A DNA stretch of 64,000 bases from NCBI RefSeq assembly GCF_964355755.1, contig NC_092671.1:1550001-1614000 (forward strand). Direction: 5' to 3'. Positions 53,070 through 64,000 of this stretch are shown piece by piece. The notes below the pieces were generated by a model that saw only the letters and a program-made list of their open reading frames with translations, was not told the DNA's origin and did no database searches. The first letter of the stretch is position 1. Every line of letters starts with the position of its first letter. This stretch comes from Antedon mediterranea (taxonomy: Eukaryota > Animalia > Echinodermata). A program made the translations under genes and the position numbers.

Positions 53070-54710
53070 ATGGCGTTCATCGTATATGCTGTTTCTATAA
53101 TTCTGGGAATTTTATTTACACCGTGCTTATCGGTTCGTGAACCTAGATGTGAAGAGATCACCATTCCTATGTGCAGAGGGATTGGGTACAACATGACTTA
53201 CATGCCGAACCAGTTTAACCATGATTCGCAAGAGGAAGCTGGTATGGAAGTTCACCAATTCTGGCCTCTCGTTGAGATCAAATGCTCTCCAGATTTGAAG
53301 TTCTTCCTTTGCAGCATGTACACACCAATTTGTGTAACAAACTATCGTAAACCGTTACCAGCTTGTCGAAGTGTGTGTGAACGAGCCAAATCTGGATGTG
53401 CGCCACTTATGAGACAGTATGGGTTTGCTTGGCCCGAAAGAATGCGATGTGAAGATTTACCTGTATATGGTGGCGACCAACTTTGCATGGATTTTAATAC
53501 CAGTGAAACCAGCACAACACAACCTACAGGTATTGTACAACCAACGAAACCAACCAAACCTTGGATTAAACCTGATATTTATCGTACAATTAAACCAAAA
53601 ACCGAATGTACTTGTTCATGTCGTGCACCAATGGTACAAATACCAGAAATTAGTTCATACTACAACCAAGTTACCACTGGTGGTGTACCGAACTGTGGTA
53701 CACCGTGTCGTGGTGCGTTTTTCTCAGAAGACGAAAAAACTTTTGCTTCATTTTGGATTGGTCTTTGGTCAATCTTATGCTGCATATCGACATTTATAAC
53801 AATTCTTACTTATTGTATTGACTCGGAACGATTCAAGTATCCAGAAAGACCTATTATATTTCTAAGCGGTTGTTATCTATTTGTATCAATTGGGTACATC
53901 ATCCGTTTGGTTGCAGGCCACGAAGCTATAGCCTGTGACGGAGCAACCGTTCGTTACGACACCACCGGACCGGCCATGTGTACCTTGGTATTCTTGCTCA
54001 TCTATTTCTTCGGAATGGCTAGTTCTCTTTGGTGGGTTATCCTGTCCTTTACATGGTTTTTAGCTGCAGGTTTAAAATGGGGAAGTGAAGCTATCGCAAG
54101 TTATTCTCAATTCTTTCATCTTGCTGTTTGGCTGATTCCAAGTGTAAAGACAATTGCAGTTCTGGCAACCAGTTCAATTGATGGAGATTCAATTACTGGA
54201 ATATGTTACGTCGGAAACCAAAACATGGACAATTTACGAGGATTTGTTCTCATTCCACTCATTGTATATCTACTCGTCGGATCTTTCTTTTTACTGGCTG
54301 GATTCGTATCATTATTCCGAATCAGACACGTTATCAAACAAGGTGGTACAAAAACTGATAAACTCGAAAAACTGATGATCCGAATTGGCGTCTTTACAGT
54401 TTTATACACGGTGCCAGCAACAATTGTTGTAGCCTGTTACTTCTACGAACAACATTCTCACGATAAATGGAACACTAGTTATAATTGTCAATCTTGTAAA
54501 TTAACGAACAATATTGCACCTGATTATTCAGTATTTATGTTAAAATATTTCATGTGCCTTGTGGTTGGTATCACATCAGGTTTTTGGATTTGGTCGAGTA
54601 AAACTTTAGATTCTTGGAGGAAGTTTTATGAAAGACTTTGTGGCTATGAGTCTAGACCTGTTGTTAGTGGACCCGTAAATACCAAAGCACTGTCCTTAGC
54701 TCATGTTTAA
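53070..54710 (+). CDS. Fz5/8: Frizzled-5/8 Wnt receptor, single exon, 546 aa
   Basis: Signal peptide, then a cysteine-rich domain (CEEITIPMCRGIGYNMTYMPNQFNHDSQEEAGMEVHQFWPLVEIKCSPDLKFFLCSMYTPIC) typical of FZD5/8. Seven hydrophobic helices, KTLDSW (KTxxxW Dishevelled-binding motif) and C-terminal LAHV. Intronless like vertebrate FZD5 and FZD8. Confidence 0.97.
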   Translation: MAFIVYAVSIILGILFTPCLSVREPRCEEITIPMCRGIGYNMTYMPNQFNHDSQEEAGMEVHQFWPLVEIKCSPDLKFFLCSMYTPICVTNYRKPLPACRSVCERAKSGCAPLMRQYGFAWPERMRCEDLPVYGGDQLCMDFNTSETSTTQPTGIVQPTKPTKPWIKPDIYRTIKPKTECTCSCRAPMVQIPEISSYYNQVTTGGVPNCGTPCRGAFFSEDEKTFASFWIGLWSILCCISTFITILTYCIDSERFKYPERPIIFLSGCYLFVSIGYIIRLVAGHEAIACDGATVRYDTTGPAMCTLVFLLIYFFGMASSLWWVILSFTWFLAAGLKWGSEAIASYSQFFHLAVWLIPSVKTIAVLATSSIDGDSITGICYVGNQNMDNLRGFVLIPLIVYLLVGSFFLLAGFVSLFRIRHVIKQGGTKTDKLEKLMIRIGVFTVLYTVPATIVVACYFYEQHSHDKWNTSYNCQSCKLTNNIAPDYSVFMLKYFMCLVVGITSGFWIWSSKTLDSWRKFYERLCGYESRPVVSGPVNTKALSLAHV

Positions 54711-56403
54711 CAATATTATTTTAATATATATATTTTTTAATTGCAAATTTAGATTTTTAACTTTGTATTAAGTTAGAGTTGATGTTTCAATACTCAAATA
54801 TTCTTATTAAATTCAGCAAAATGTATTTTATGTCGGTATACGACTTTAAAGAAAAAGAAAAGTTAATTAGGCCCTATATTAAGTTAAACATTATGACTAT
54901 GTTTATGATCATTTTAAGATTTTCATATTTTTCAACACCCTAAAATATATAATTCCATATAATTGAAATATATATCGTGTTCTATCTAAATAATAAAGAT
55001 AATGTGTACATTTAATACATTAAAACATTCGTTGAAATTTGTAATAGAGACCTTTGACACAGAAAATCTGATGGATTATTTGTTTAGGTAGACAAACCAC
55101 GGTAGCATACTGGAAGCTTTTAACACTTTAAATAAAGACAGTAGGTCGAGGCATCTTTCCACAATGCATTGCTGCTATAATCTCTTAACACATGTCCTTA
55201 CTAAAAATCTGTCTTACACGGAATAATTTAGGCCTATTTTAAACCTCTAAACTGTTATATTTACAAATGCAAAAAGTGCGCAAATATTTACTTGCGTTGA
55301 ATACGATTATTGGTTCAAAACCAATCAAAATATTCGTTTTAAATATATAAAATGTATAATATAATGTTAATAATATTGTTATATAATTTTAAATGTATTT
55401 CGATTTTTATTTGATTAAGTTTGTCCATTTATTGTGATATTTATACATATTGAAGATAAGAGAGAGAAAATAATAATACTTGATGATATGAATACAAGTG
55501 TGCATTGTCATTTTCTATGTCCCTGTTCTATTTATAAAGTGGTTGTAGAAGTTAAAATGTTCTACCGCTGTGAACGTAATTTGTCAATGTTTTGGTTTGC
55601 TGGGGAAACTGGCGGGATATTACTTTCTAGCATACGTTTAGTTGATAGAGAGTTTACATCATTACATCGTGACGTAATCGATTAAAACCATGAATTACCT
55701 GTGTCTATGTTATAACATAAATTATAGGTCTATTCAATTAAGATTAATTTTCATTTTAATATATTACATGATATTAGAATGTAAAGCGCCTGTATAGTGG
55801 TTATTAATAGCCATGACGTTTAGATGTGATATCGTCCAGTAACACAGTCAATATAACGCGCGCGCGCTGAGATTCAGATAATTATTTCGATCGACCTTTG
55901 TACGCGTTTGTTTATAAATAATACATGTGCCCTTTCGTGACAGGCATGCCCGTAAAACTGTTTTTTGGTATTCTTATATTTTTGCGTGATACTAGACTTC
56001 TTTCTATACTACGTAGCAGATAGTGAATTAAATTAATTTAGTAGGAAAACACATTTTATTTGGAATGTCCAAGTTATAGACAAGTTGTTGAAATTCCAAT
56101 TCGTCTAATTTGTCGTAAGCTATACGGCAACACAATAGAGGTATTAACACTCACGACCTCTGAATGCCCAATTAGTGAATAATCATTAGGCCAAATGAAT
56201 ACCCTCTACACATTGCTAAATACTCTGCTATTCACGGCGCTAAATACTACCTCTTACTGGATACAATACAATGGTGGAGTGAGACAGAGGCTTTACCTAA
56301 GTCCGGTATGGTGTGCCTCCTCATTGCCAGCTGGAACAATGGCGCTCCAAGTCCATTATTTTAACAACTTTAAGGCCTCATTAGTGCAAAAAACTCCCAA
56401 AAC

Positions 56404-57890
56404 CACTCACTCACTCAATCAATCAATCAATCAAAGTAACATTTATTTCTCTTCTTCTCTTTCATAGAATATAAAAATTAACAGTATATAAATATGATTG
56501 AAATAAGAGGGGCAACATTCCAAAAAAGCGAAGCTTGTATAAGGCAGCCCATAAAAACTGAAAAAAAACCCAGGACAACACGGGAACCGGAAACAGGACA
56601 AAAACAGTAATGAAGACTTTTAGTTTCAGGGTACCGAAAAGACTAAATATCAAAACTACAATGAGTGAAAGGATAATTACACATAACTAGATAAGAGGTG
56701 CCGTTTCAATTTAAAGGCCAGGTGCGGGCAAAAAAATTCTATTGATCATACATTCCAATAATTATCGATCTATAGTTTCCCCTATGTTTCATAATTTTTG
56801 GGATTTTATTTGTGTTACAGGAGCTTTTTGAAAATTAGCACTTTCATATCAGTGGGGGGGATAGTTCAAATTACACAGTAAAATCTCTATTCTTTTGTAC
56901 ACAAATTTTGAAAATAGAGAGGCATTTTAAAAAGCTATGAAAAATAAATAGTGTGGTAAAAAATGTTATCAGATGACTAAATATAGGTAATATAACTTGA
57001 ATTTTACATTTCTGGTATTTTTATTCAACTTCAGAATTTTATTTTCATGCTATAGCAAAAATTATCCACCGTATATCCACCATCTTTTTTCACCTTCTAG
57101 GGAGTCACCAGACATGTTATTACATTATGTTAACTACTGAAAAAAAGTCTTCCTGGATTTTTTGGCTGAATTTTGCCAAATTTTGTATGTGACCATATTA
57201 GGGGAAATTCATGGTTTTTCATCTTGATTTCTGTTACAAATATTTTATTTATGTACAATTAACCATATATTAATTTTAAAATTCATGCCTGTACCTGAGC
57301 TTTAAAAGAAAAACTTTTCTTAGACAAAGCACTTTTTATATTAACTGGTACGTTATCCCAGAGTTTAGGACCAGTGAACTTAATGCTATGTTTAAAAAGT
57401 AGTTTAAAAAAAAGGAATACGTATTTCATTTGCGCTCCGAGTTTTGTAGTTATGAAAATTAAGATTGAAACTAAATAAATCATCAAAGTGTGATGGCAGG
57501 ATCGAGTTTAGCCATGAATAAAGGAAAACACTTTGTTGAAGATGGTTAATATCCTGAATTTTAAGAAGACCAAATGAAGAAAATAAAGGATTGGAATGGG
57601 ATAAGGGAGGAGCATTTGCTATGTATCTTACGGTTTTCTTTTGTATCAATAACAGTTTGTCTAAGTAGGACGGGTATGTATTACCCCAAATAATATTACA
57701 GTAAGTGAGGTAAGGGAGGATTAGTGAACAGTAAAAAATCCGGAATGTTTTGATGGATGAAAGATGATAATCTATATATGATACCAGAACTTTTGGATAT
57801 TTTGTTTTCGACTTGAGTAATCTGATGTTTCCAATTTAGTTTACTGTCCAGATAAACACCAAGACATTTAGTTTTCTCAACAAAGGTATT
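56404..57890 (-). mobile_element. 5'-truncated CR1/L2-type LINE (ORF2 C-terminus, 3' UTR and tail), interrupted at 56715-57301
   Basis: Minus-strand frames give VEKTKCLGVYLDSKLNWKHQ, YCSLILPYLTYCNIIWGNT, QKKTVRYI, HNYKTRS and GPKLWDNVP with frameshifts. Ends with AATAAA (56442-56447) and a (TTGA)n/(GTGA)n tail. Confidence 0.9.
56715..57301. mobile_element. 587-bp non-autonomous TTAA-specific DNA transposon (Kolobok-like)
   Basis: TTAA at 56711-56714 and 57302-57305. Imperfect TIR AGGCCAGGTGCGGGCA / AGCTCAGGTACAGGCA. Removing it restores the LINE reading frame. Confidence 0.85.
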
Positions 57891-59939
57891 AATTGATCTT
57901 TAATTTTTAGTTTGAAAGTACTCAATTATGTGTTATTTTGTTTCCATAAAAAAAGCCATCACTGCGGAGAGTACCGTACTTCTTTTTGTCCCGACTCCTC
58001 TCCCGTACCCCATGTTTGTCTCTAGCTTTTCGCAAATCCATTTATTTGGTCAAAATCACAAATTTCAATACAAATAAGAGATTTAAAATGATATTAAAGA
58101 CAATCATAGATATAGACAATAGAATAGACATTCATCCCTATAAATCTAAAACTGTCCCAATATTTTGGTAACTTAGAACTCATTTTCATACCAAACATGG
58201 TAGTGAATACGGTACATTAAGGGTGGTAATTGTATCTGTATTACGCACGCGTGAATGCGCTCTGGTCGCTAAATTGTTTATCTAATTCGCTTGCATCGCT
58301 GTCCTCTTCTAGGCCTTGTAGCTATAACATCCTAATTATTTAGGCGGAATTTAATAACGTTTCTTAATGAGTTTTCTGGGTAGATTAATAGGCCCATTTC
58401 AAAGAAAATCTTATGCCTACTATAGGCCCAGTATTATTTTTTCCACATTTCAAAAAGGACGATTTTTACGCGTCTGTATGCGTTGCGTGCGGCACTGCGC
58501 AAAAACGCAGCCGAGACTTCCTGATGATAAAATTGTTTTATCAACATTACAATCACGAAATACACTAATGTGGTTGTCATATACCAGTTCGTTATATTTA
58601 ACACTCCAGGGTTAAATTGTCTTCAAAAACGTTACATAACAATTTCTAAAGGTGATCTATTTAGAGATCTTGTGGGAACATTAGAACCCAATTAACAACA
58701 ATACGGCTTACAACTCAATTCAACAATAAGTCAGTAGTCCTTGTGGTACACGGATAATGTGTCTAATTGTACTGCGCTTGTGTCGATCCGGTCAGCTCAG
58801 AGTCCGATCGTTTTTACCTATTCAAAGTAATCACTTGGTGTTGGGCTTCTGAGTGTTTTCTGATGTTGTTCACGTATTTAGTGTAAATAAGCTATGACCT
58901 CTGAGGTACATAACATAATGACCCCTGGTATGAATTTGACAACATGGTACCGTATTCCATGCATTGAAGTTAAAACAAATATCATGTTGATGTAGTTTAA
59001 GCAGACAGAATATGATTTAGCCTATGGTAATAACATATTTATGATTTTTTTTATTGATTTTTATAACTATTTTTACACAGACATTAGTCCTAAACAATAT
59101 ACTAATATTTGTGCATCTTTCCACAAAAAATATTGATATTAATATATTATAACATTAATGAATAATATAATATTATTATTATTATAATTTCATACGATAT
59201 TTATTTAAAAATAAACTATTTATGATCTTTTGAATATACTATTTGTTCCGTTTATCCTTCAACATTATAGACCTATCTGACATTGTTTTGTAGCCGTAGG
59301 CCTATGTTATTACATGCCTATTGTTTGTGTACAAATATCGGCATCAACAGCAGGCCGTAATGTCATGATAATCAATACATTAACATTACTAAGTTTAGAA
59401 ATAAACAAAACATTAATTTCATTGTTTCATTACTTTTTTTAAATTTATTTATAGTTCCATTATTGCTACCCAAAATTTTATTTAATTTTAGAATATAGAC
59501 TAGATTTGTATTAATGGTTACTTAAAAAAATATAGGCCTATCTTGTTTTGAAGACGATTGGGCATCAATATCCAAATTATAATTTACTCCGCCATATTAA
59601 TTTGGAATTTATAATCACAATTAACCGATAAATAAAATAGACCACTCAACCAGCTGATGCTAACATGTAGAAAACACTAGAAAGTGGTTATGAATGAACC
59701 GTCCTTCAAAATAGACTATTATGCGAAGGTCATACCATCATTAGACATCATGTGTGGATTTTAATATCGCGATATTGTGATTGGTTATTAGTAATAAGTG
59801 TATTTTTATAAAATTCTCTATTTCTTGCCGTTCGCATTTTTAATTATTATTAATCAGGCGAACCAACTTGACTTTATGAATCATTTAGAACCATACTTAG
59901 GCATGTATCCGTTCAGAGAAAGCCCAGTTTGTGAGTTGA

Positions 59940-60250
59940 GAAGAAGCGTTAAGAAAGAGAACGTTACGTTAGAGTAGTGAAAGTAGAGTTGGGAGGGAAT
60001 TTAAAATTGAGTGAGAGAAGAATTAAGGGAACGAAGTGGTCGAAGACTTGAGTTGAGTGAAAGGAGAGTTCTCTTTCTTAAAAGAAAGAGAATGAATTTA
60101 ACATTAAGTGGTAGAAGAGTTAAGAGAACGAAGTGGTCGAAGTTACTTGAGTTGAGTGAAAGGAGAGTTAAAAGAGAACGAATTTAACATTGAGGAAGAG
60201 AAGAGTTAAAAGAATAAAGAATAAGTATTTTGTTTAGTAAGAAGAAGAAT
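59940..60250. repeat. Purine-rich degenerate tandem repeat (about 100-bp period)
   Basis: gaacgaagtggtcgaag(tt)acttgagttgagtgaaaggagagtt near 60028 and 60126; repeated gaatttaa(c)att. Confidence 0.8.
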
Positions 60251-61344
60251 TAAACGATATTATGGCTGTCATGACAATTAGTTAGAAGGTTTACAGTAGC
60301 AATATCATACGTTATTGAAAAACTCGCAATGATTCAACATGAAGTGCCTATCACTTATAAGACCATTATTACAAATAATAAGATTGTTGTAGACAGCATT
60401 CGATGATTGATAATGTTTATTATTACTTAAATTACCAACTTTCTTCCCAACCTGACAGTCCAAGTATCCCTTTATTAAACATGTAGTATCATCACCGTAT
60501 TATCAGTAACAGTACCGTTTCAAACTTAATTTCAAAGATATAATTAAATGAATGTTTGTCTGTGAGTCGATATGCCTGAACATTTAATCGAGTTCATATT
60601 GATAGATCGTGACTTAACTCGTATTTTATGTTGTCAATCATATTCAATGGCAATTGTATTGTAATATATAGTAGTAGGCCTACTACGCATAGACTGATTT
60701 TATATGCAGGAATTAAACAAATGACGCCGTCTTAATAATGATAAACCGTGTTGTAATACCTTAAATTGGAATAATCTAATGTTTCGTTGGCTGTATATAA
60801 TCATAAAATAGGCCTCACAAGCGTAATATTGTATATGCTGCGAACCACGCTATTTTTCGTTAATTAACGGTTTTTCACTACAAAATATAATTCTTTAAAA
60901 AGGTACAAAATGATGCCAAGTAGGCCTACACTTTAATATAGAACTACAGGTTTAAATATCTGTTGGCCCACGTAAATATCACATTCGAAAGACATGCAAT
61001 TCTCTGAAGTAGGCATATAATATTTTCCTATTTGTTTTTGCCAAGTAGTTTTCTACCGATAAAGAAGTAATAATTGCTCATAAACTACTGTGCAGTATAA
61101 ATAAGCATAACTTATCACCTAATTGTTTGCTCAATAAACTTGTAGGTGTCGATAAGTGATTGGGGTGATAAGCAAGCACTTCTTAATATAACGTCAATGT
61201 CAGTTTGAAATTGTTAGGCAATTAGACAGGTTACGAGAGACATTTTAGTTGGGGGAAAGGGGGAGGTGGTGTGGGGTACGGCGGAATCCGATTATTTGGT
61301 CGTGTCGGGAAGGCACATTCCCCACTGTAAGATACCATTTGTTA

Positions 61345-61401
61345 AGCTCTGTCTATACACTTTGCGACAAAAAAAACTTGTTTGATAGTGTAGACAGAGC
61401 T
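61345..61401. mobile_element. Internally deleted MITE family B copy
   Basis: AGCTCTGTCTA...TAGACAGAGCT with TTA TSD; same termini as 1800-1936. Confidence 0.8.
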
Positions 61402-61840
61402 TTAGTCTATCTGAAATTATTGAGTGGAATAACGTTATACCTGCATTGTAATAATTAAACCCACCAAGACAATGACGTTAAGTGAAAAGAATAAGTAATT
61501 TCAACGTTTTTTGATTAAATGTTATTAGTTGTGTTTTATCTTTTTGTCAATGGTAGTGAAATTTACATAAACATGGATGGTCGAATCACTACAGTGGTCT
61601 CATTTTTAATTACTAAATAAAACTTTATTAGTTCACCTCGAAGTATCCACGATATTTAATCATATAATAACATTTTATGGCAAACGATTGCAAACGATTG
61701 CAAACGGGAACAATGTTTTTTATGATCTAGAACAACAAATGCAACAATTTTATCTAATTAATGTTTTATAAAGTAAGGATCACAATTATTACGTAACATT
61801 TACCGGTTAGGTCAGTGTCCTACTATTGCGCCCTTGATAT

Positions 61841-62547
61841 AAACAAGGCCATATAGATGGCTGCAGTCGCGTGCTCATTAGTGTTTACCGACCGACGGAC
61901 CAACCTACCAACTGACTGAAATTACTGAACATGTTTAAAAATTGACATTTATATTTTTTTAATTTACACGTGCGTAGCCTGTCACTTTTGACGTGCTCGT
62001 ATAACGTAATTTCGAGTCTCAAGGAAACAGAAATCGGGCAAAAAGAGTGCGCAATAACATTTAGTGCGCGCGCAAAAATCTGCGCACTCATGGCAATTTT
62101 GTAAACGCTTAAAATTGCCTGAAACGTACTCTTATTTCATCGAAAATAAGTTTTGAAAATTTTAAGCGCGCGTACGCGCGCATGCGTTACGCACGTAATT
62201 GTATTGCCATATGATGATTTATGCCCTGAAATTTATGAGTACCAAATTTTATTTAATTGTGATTCATGGTTGTGAAGATTACAAACATGATTTCGTTAAA
62301 TCGTGCGTAGACCGCGTAATTTTTTATTGCACACCGTGAAAACATAACCACATCGATTCCTGGCCATAAGGAATATAGGCATACTGTGAAAAATTGACTT
62401 AGCTAGATTAAACTGATATCAAGATAAGGTCAGAAAGCGATAAAACGCATAGTGATACCGGACCGACAGACAGACCGACAGACCGACAGACCGACCGACC
62501 GACCGACCGATATAGTGAATATAGAGTCGCGTCCACGCGACTAAAAA
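61841..62547 (-). mobile_element. Helentron-derived non-autonomous element (HINE/DINE-1-like)
   Basis: The minus strand begins TTTTT-AGTCGCGTG-GACGCGACT (subTIR with inverted copy), then a (GTCG/GTCT)n microsatellite. It ends CACGCGACT plus hairpin GCCATCTATATGGC plus CTTGTTT, the DINE-1/HINE layout. Confidence 0.8.
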
Positions 62548-62651
62548 TGAATAAGAAAATACGGAAATACACGTACAGTATCACAACAGGGCTACAGTGT
62601 AGGCAAAGGTGTCTATTCCAAACTTGTTTTTTGGCTGAAAATTATTTGCTT

Positions 62652-62735
62652 TAAGATTGGTTCCCATTAAGTACGCAGCGCAAGGGCGTAAGCGCAACGC
62701 ACGTATTGACCAATCATGACGCGATGGAATCGCTT
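62652..62735. mobile_element. Partial MITE family A
   Basis: ttggttcccattaa..acgcagcgcaagggcgtaagcgcaacgca..ttgaccaatca left arm only. Confidence 0.7.
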
Positions 62736-63342
62736 AAATCCTTGACCAAGCTCCTAGCAACTGTGCTAAGCGTAAAATCGGCCATGGTGAATATATATCT
62801 ATCTATAAATGAATGATAATGTTGATTACAGTTTAACTAATACGCAAGGTTCTGGCTTGAAAATTATAGGTGACCTATATCGACAAGGTAGTCTATAGAG
62901 AGAGAACATAAAATATATACTTGAACATGATGTTAACAGCTTTGTTTATTGTCATAGCTCACGAGGGGTTCTACTGCCAATCATAATGATTGACATTATA
63001 AACTTTTTCACATTATTGACTTTGAATGTACTCAGAAAATAGCCTGATGTTAGTTACACAGGTTAAAACACAACAATACCCTAACCAACTTTGTCCATTG
63101 TTTACGATGTTGTGGCTAGTTTCGTTCACGCCAAAAGCTTCCATAATCGACGCCTCGTTACCGATATTAAATAAAACCATTTTCTTAATTCATTGTAATT
63201 ATTTGTCAAGTTATTCGCCTGGTTAACGACAAACAGGATATCTAACTGTTATATTTACCCACTTGGCTGCAGACACTGTGTGTTTTATTATCAATATATT
63301 GGCACCATAAGTTGACAGATGTATCCATACGAATTTGTAAAT

Positions 63343-63470
63343 TAAGCGTGGTTTCTACTAGAGACGCAACGCAAGTGCAACGCAAGCGAGTTGTTGACCA
63401 ATGACAAGCCACTATTTGAATAATCCATCGCTTGTGATTGATCAAATCAATTACTTTTGGTACGAAGCTT
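63343..63470. mobile_element. Degenerate MITE family A
   Basis: aagcgtggtttctactagagacgcaacgcaag..ttgaccaatgacaagc..aataatccatcgcttgtgattg..aagctt. Confidence 0.75.
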
Positions 63471-64000
63471 CTGCTGCATCGCAAATCCACCGGCTTTTTT
63501 CTCCGCTGACTTGATTTTATTCATTCAAAAGTTTCACTTTACTACCAAAACCTGAAATAACTGTCCTGTCCGTATCCTCTTTCATCCCATTTCGGTCCAT
63601 GTAATGAAATAATTGAAGGCCCTACATCTATTCAGTACCAACAAAAAATAGTGATATCTAATAATCTTTCGAAAAGGGATTTCATGAAAAGGATGAGCAA
63701 TACATCTTTAGAACTTTTATAGGAAAAAACATTCATGAAAATTGAATTAATCTACCAATCTAACAACTGCCCTATAACCTCAGGATAGACGTCGAAGTAT
63801 TCTGTTGTAATACCCTCGTCGTCATTGGCGATTGGTTATGGAAAGGTTAGATATAAATAAAGATAAATTTGTAATATTTAATAAAATGTTTTATGAATAA
63901 GTTTATTATTTGATTGTATACCCCATTCACTTTGCTTACGAGTCCATTACATGTAGACATACACAGTCCTAGTATTTCCACGTTATAATACAAGTAGACG

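Noticed and set aside
53342-54409. Four short ORFs overlapping Fz5/8
   Set aside because: Alternative-frame or antisense by-products of the real CDS.
61250-61285. G-rich run, possible G-quadruplex
   Set aside because: Only three runs of three or more G, and no functional context.

Overview
AT-rich (roughly 30% GC by eye) animal genomic DNA, most likely a marine invertebrate. An echinoderm or other invertebrate deuterostome is an inference from the protein sequences and repeat style. Two genes lie head-to-head with start codons about 20.8 kb apart. One is a three-coding-exon Klf6/7 zinc-finger gene on the minus strand (exons 32157-32258, 18063-18648, 10147-10322; 287 aa), which I assembled by hand because the ORF track shows only exon 2. 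The other is an intronless Frizzled-5/8 gene on the plus strand (53070-54710). The rest is intron and intergenic DNA containing several Harbinger-type MITEs with TTA/TAA target-site duplications (TSDs), a TTAA-inserting element nested in a CR1/L2-type LINE, a Helentron/DINE-1-like element, two minisatellites and a duplicated (ATC)n tract. The observations most worth following up are: (1) four 20-30 bp hairpins, each with a perfect 7-bp TSD, resembling P-element-type excision scars; (2) a candidate 33-nt in-frame micro-exon that would lengthen the Klf ZF1-ZF2 linker; (3) Klf6/7-Fz5/8 linkage mirroring vertebrate KLF7-FZD5; (4) strong, regionally biased excess of TAGGCCTA and TACAGTA/TACTGTA; (5) three near-identical extended SRF sites. 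No CRISPR, tRNA or rRNA was seen. All counts are manual.
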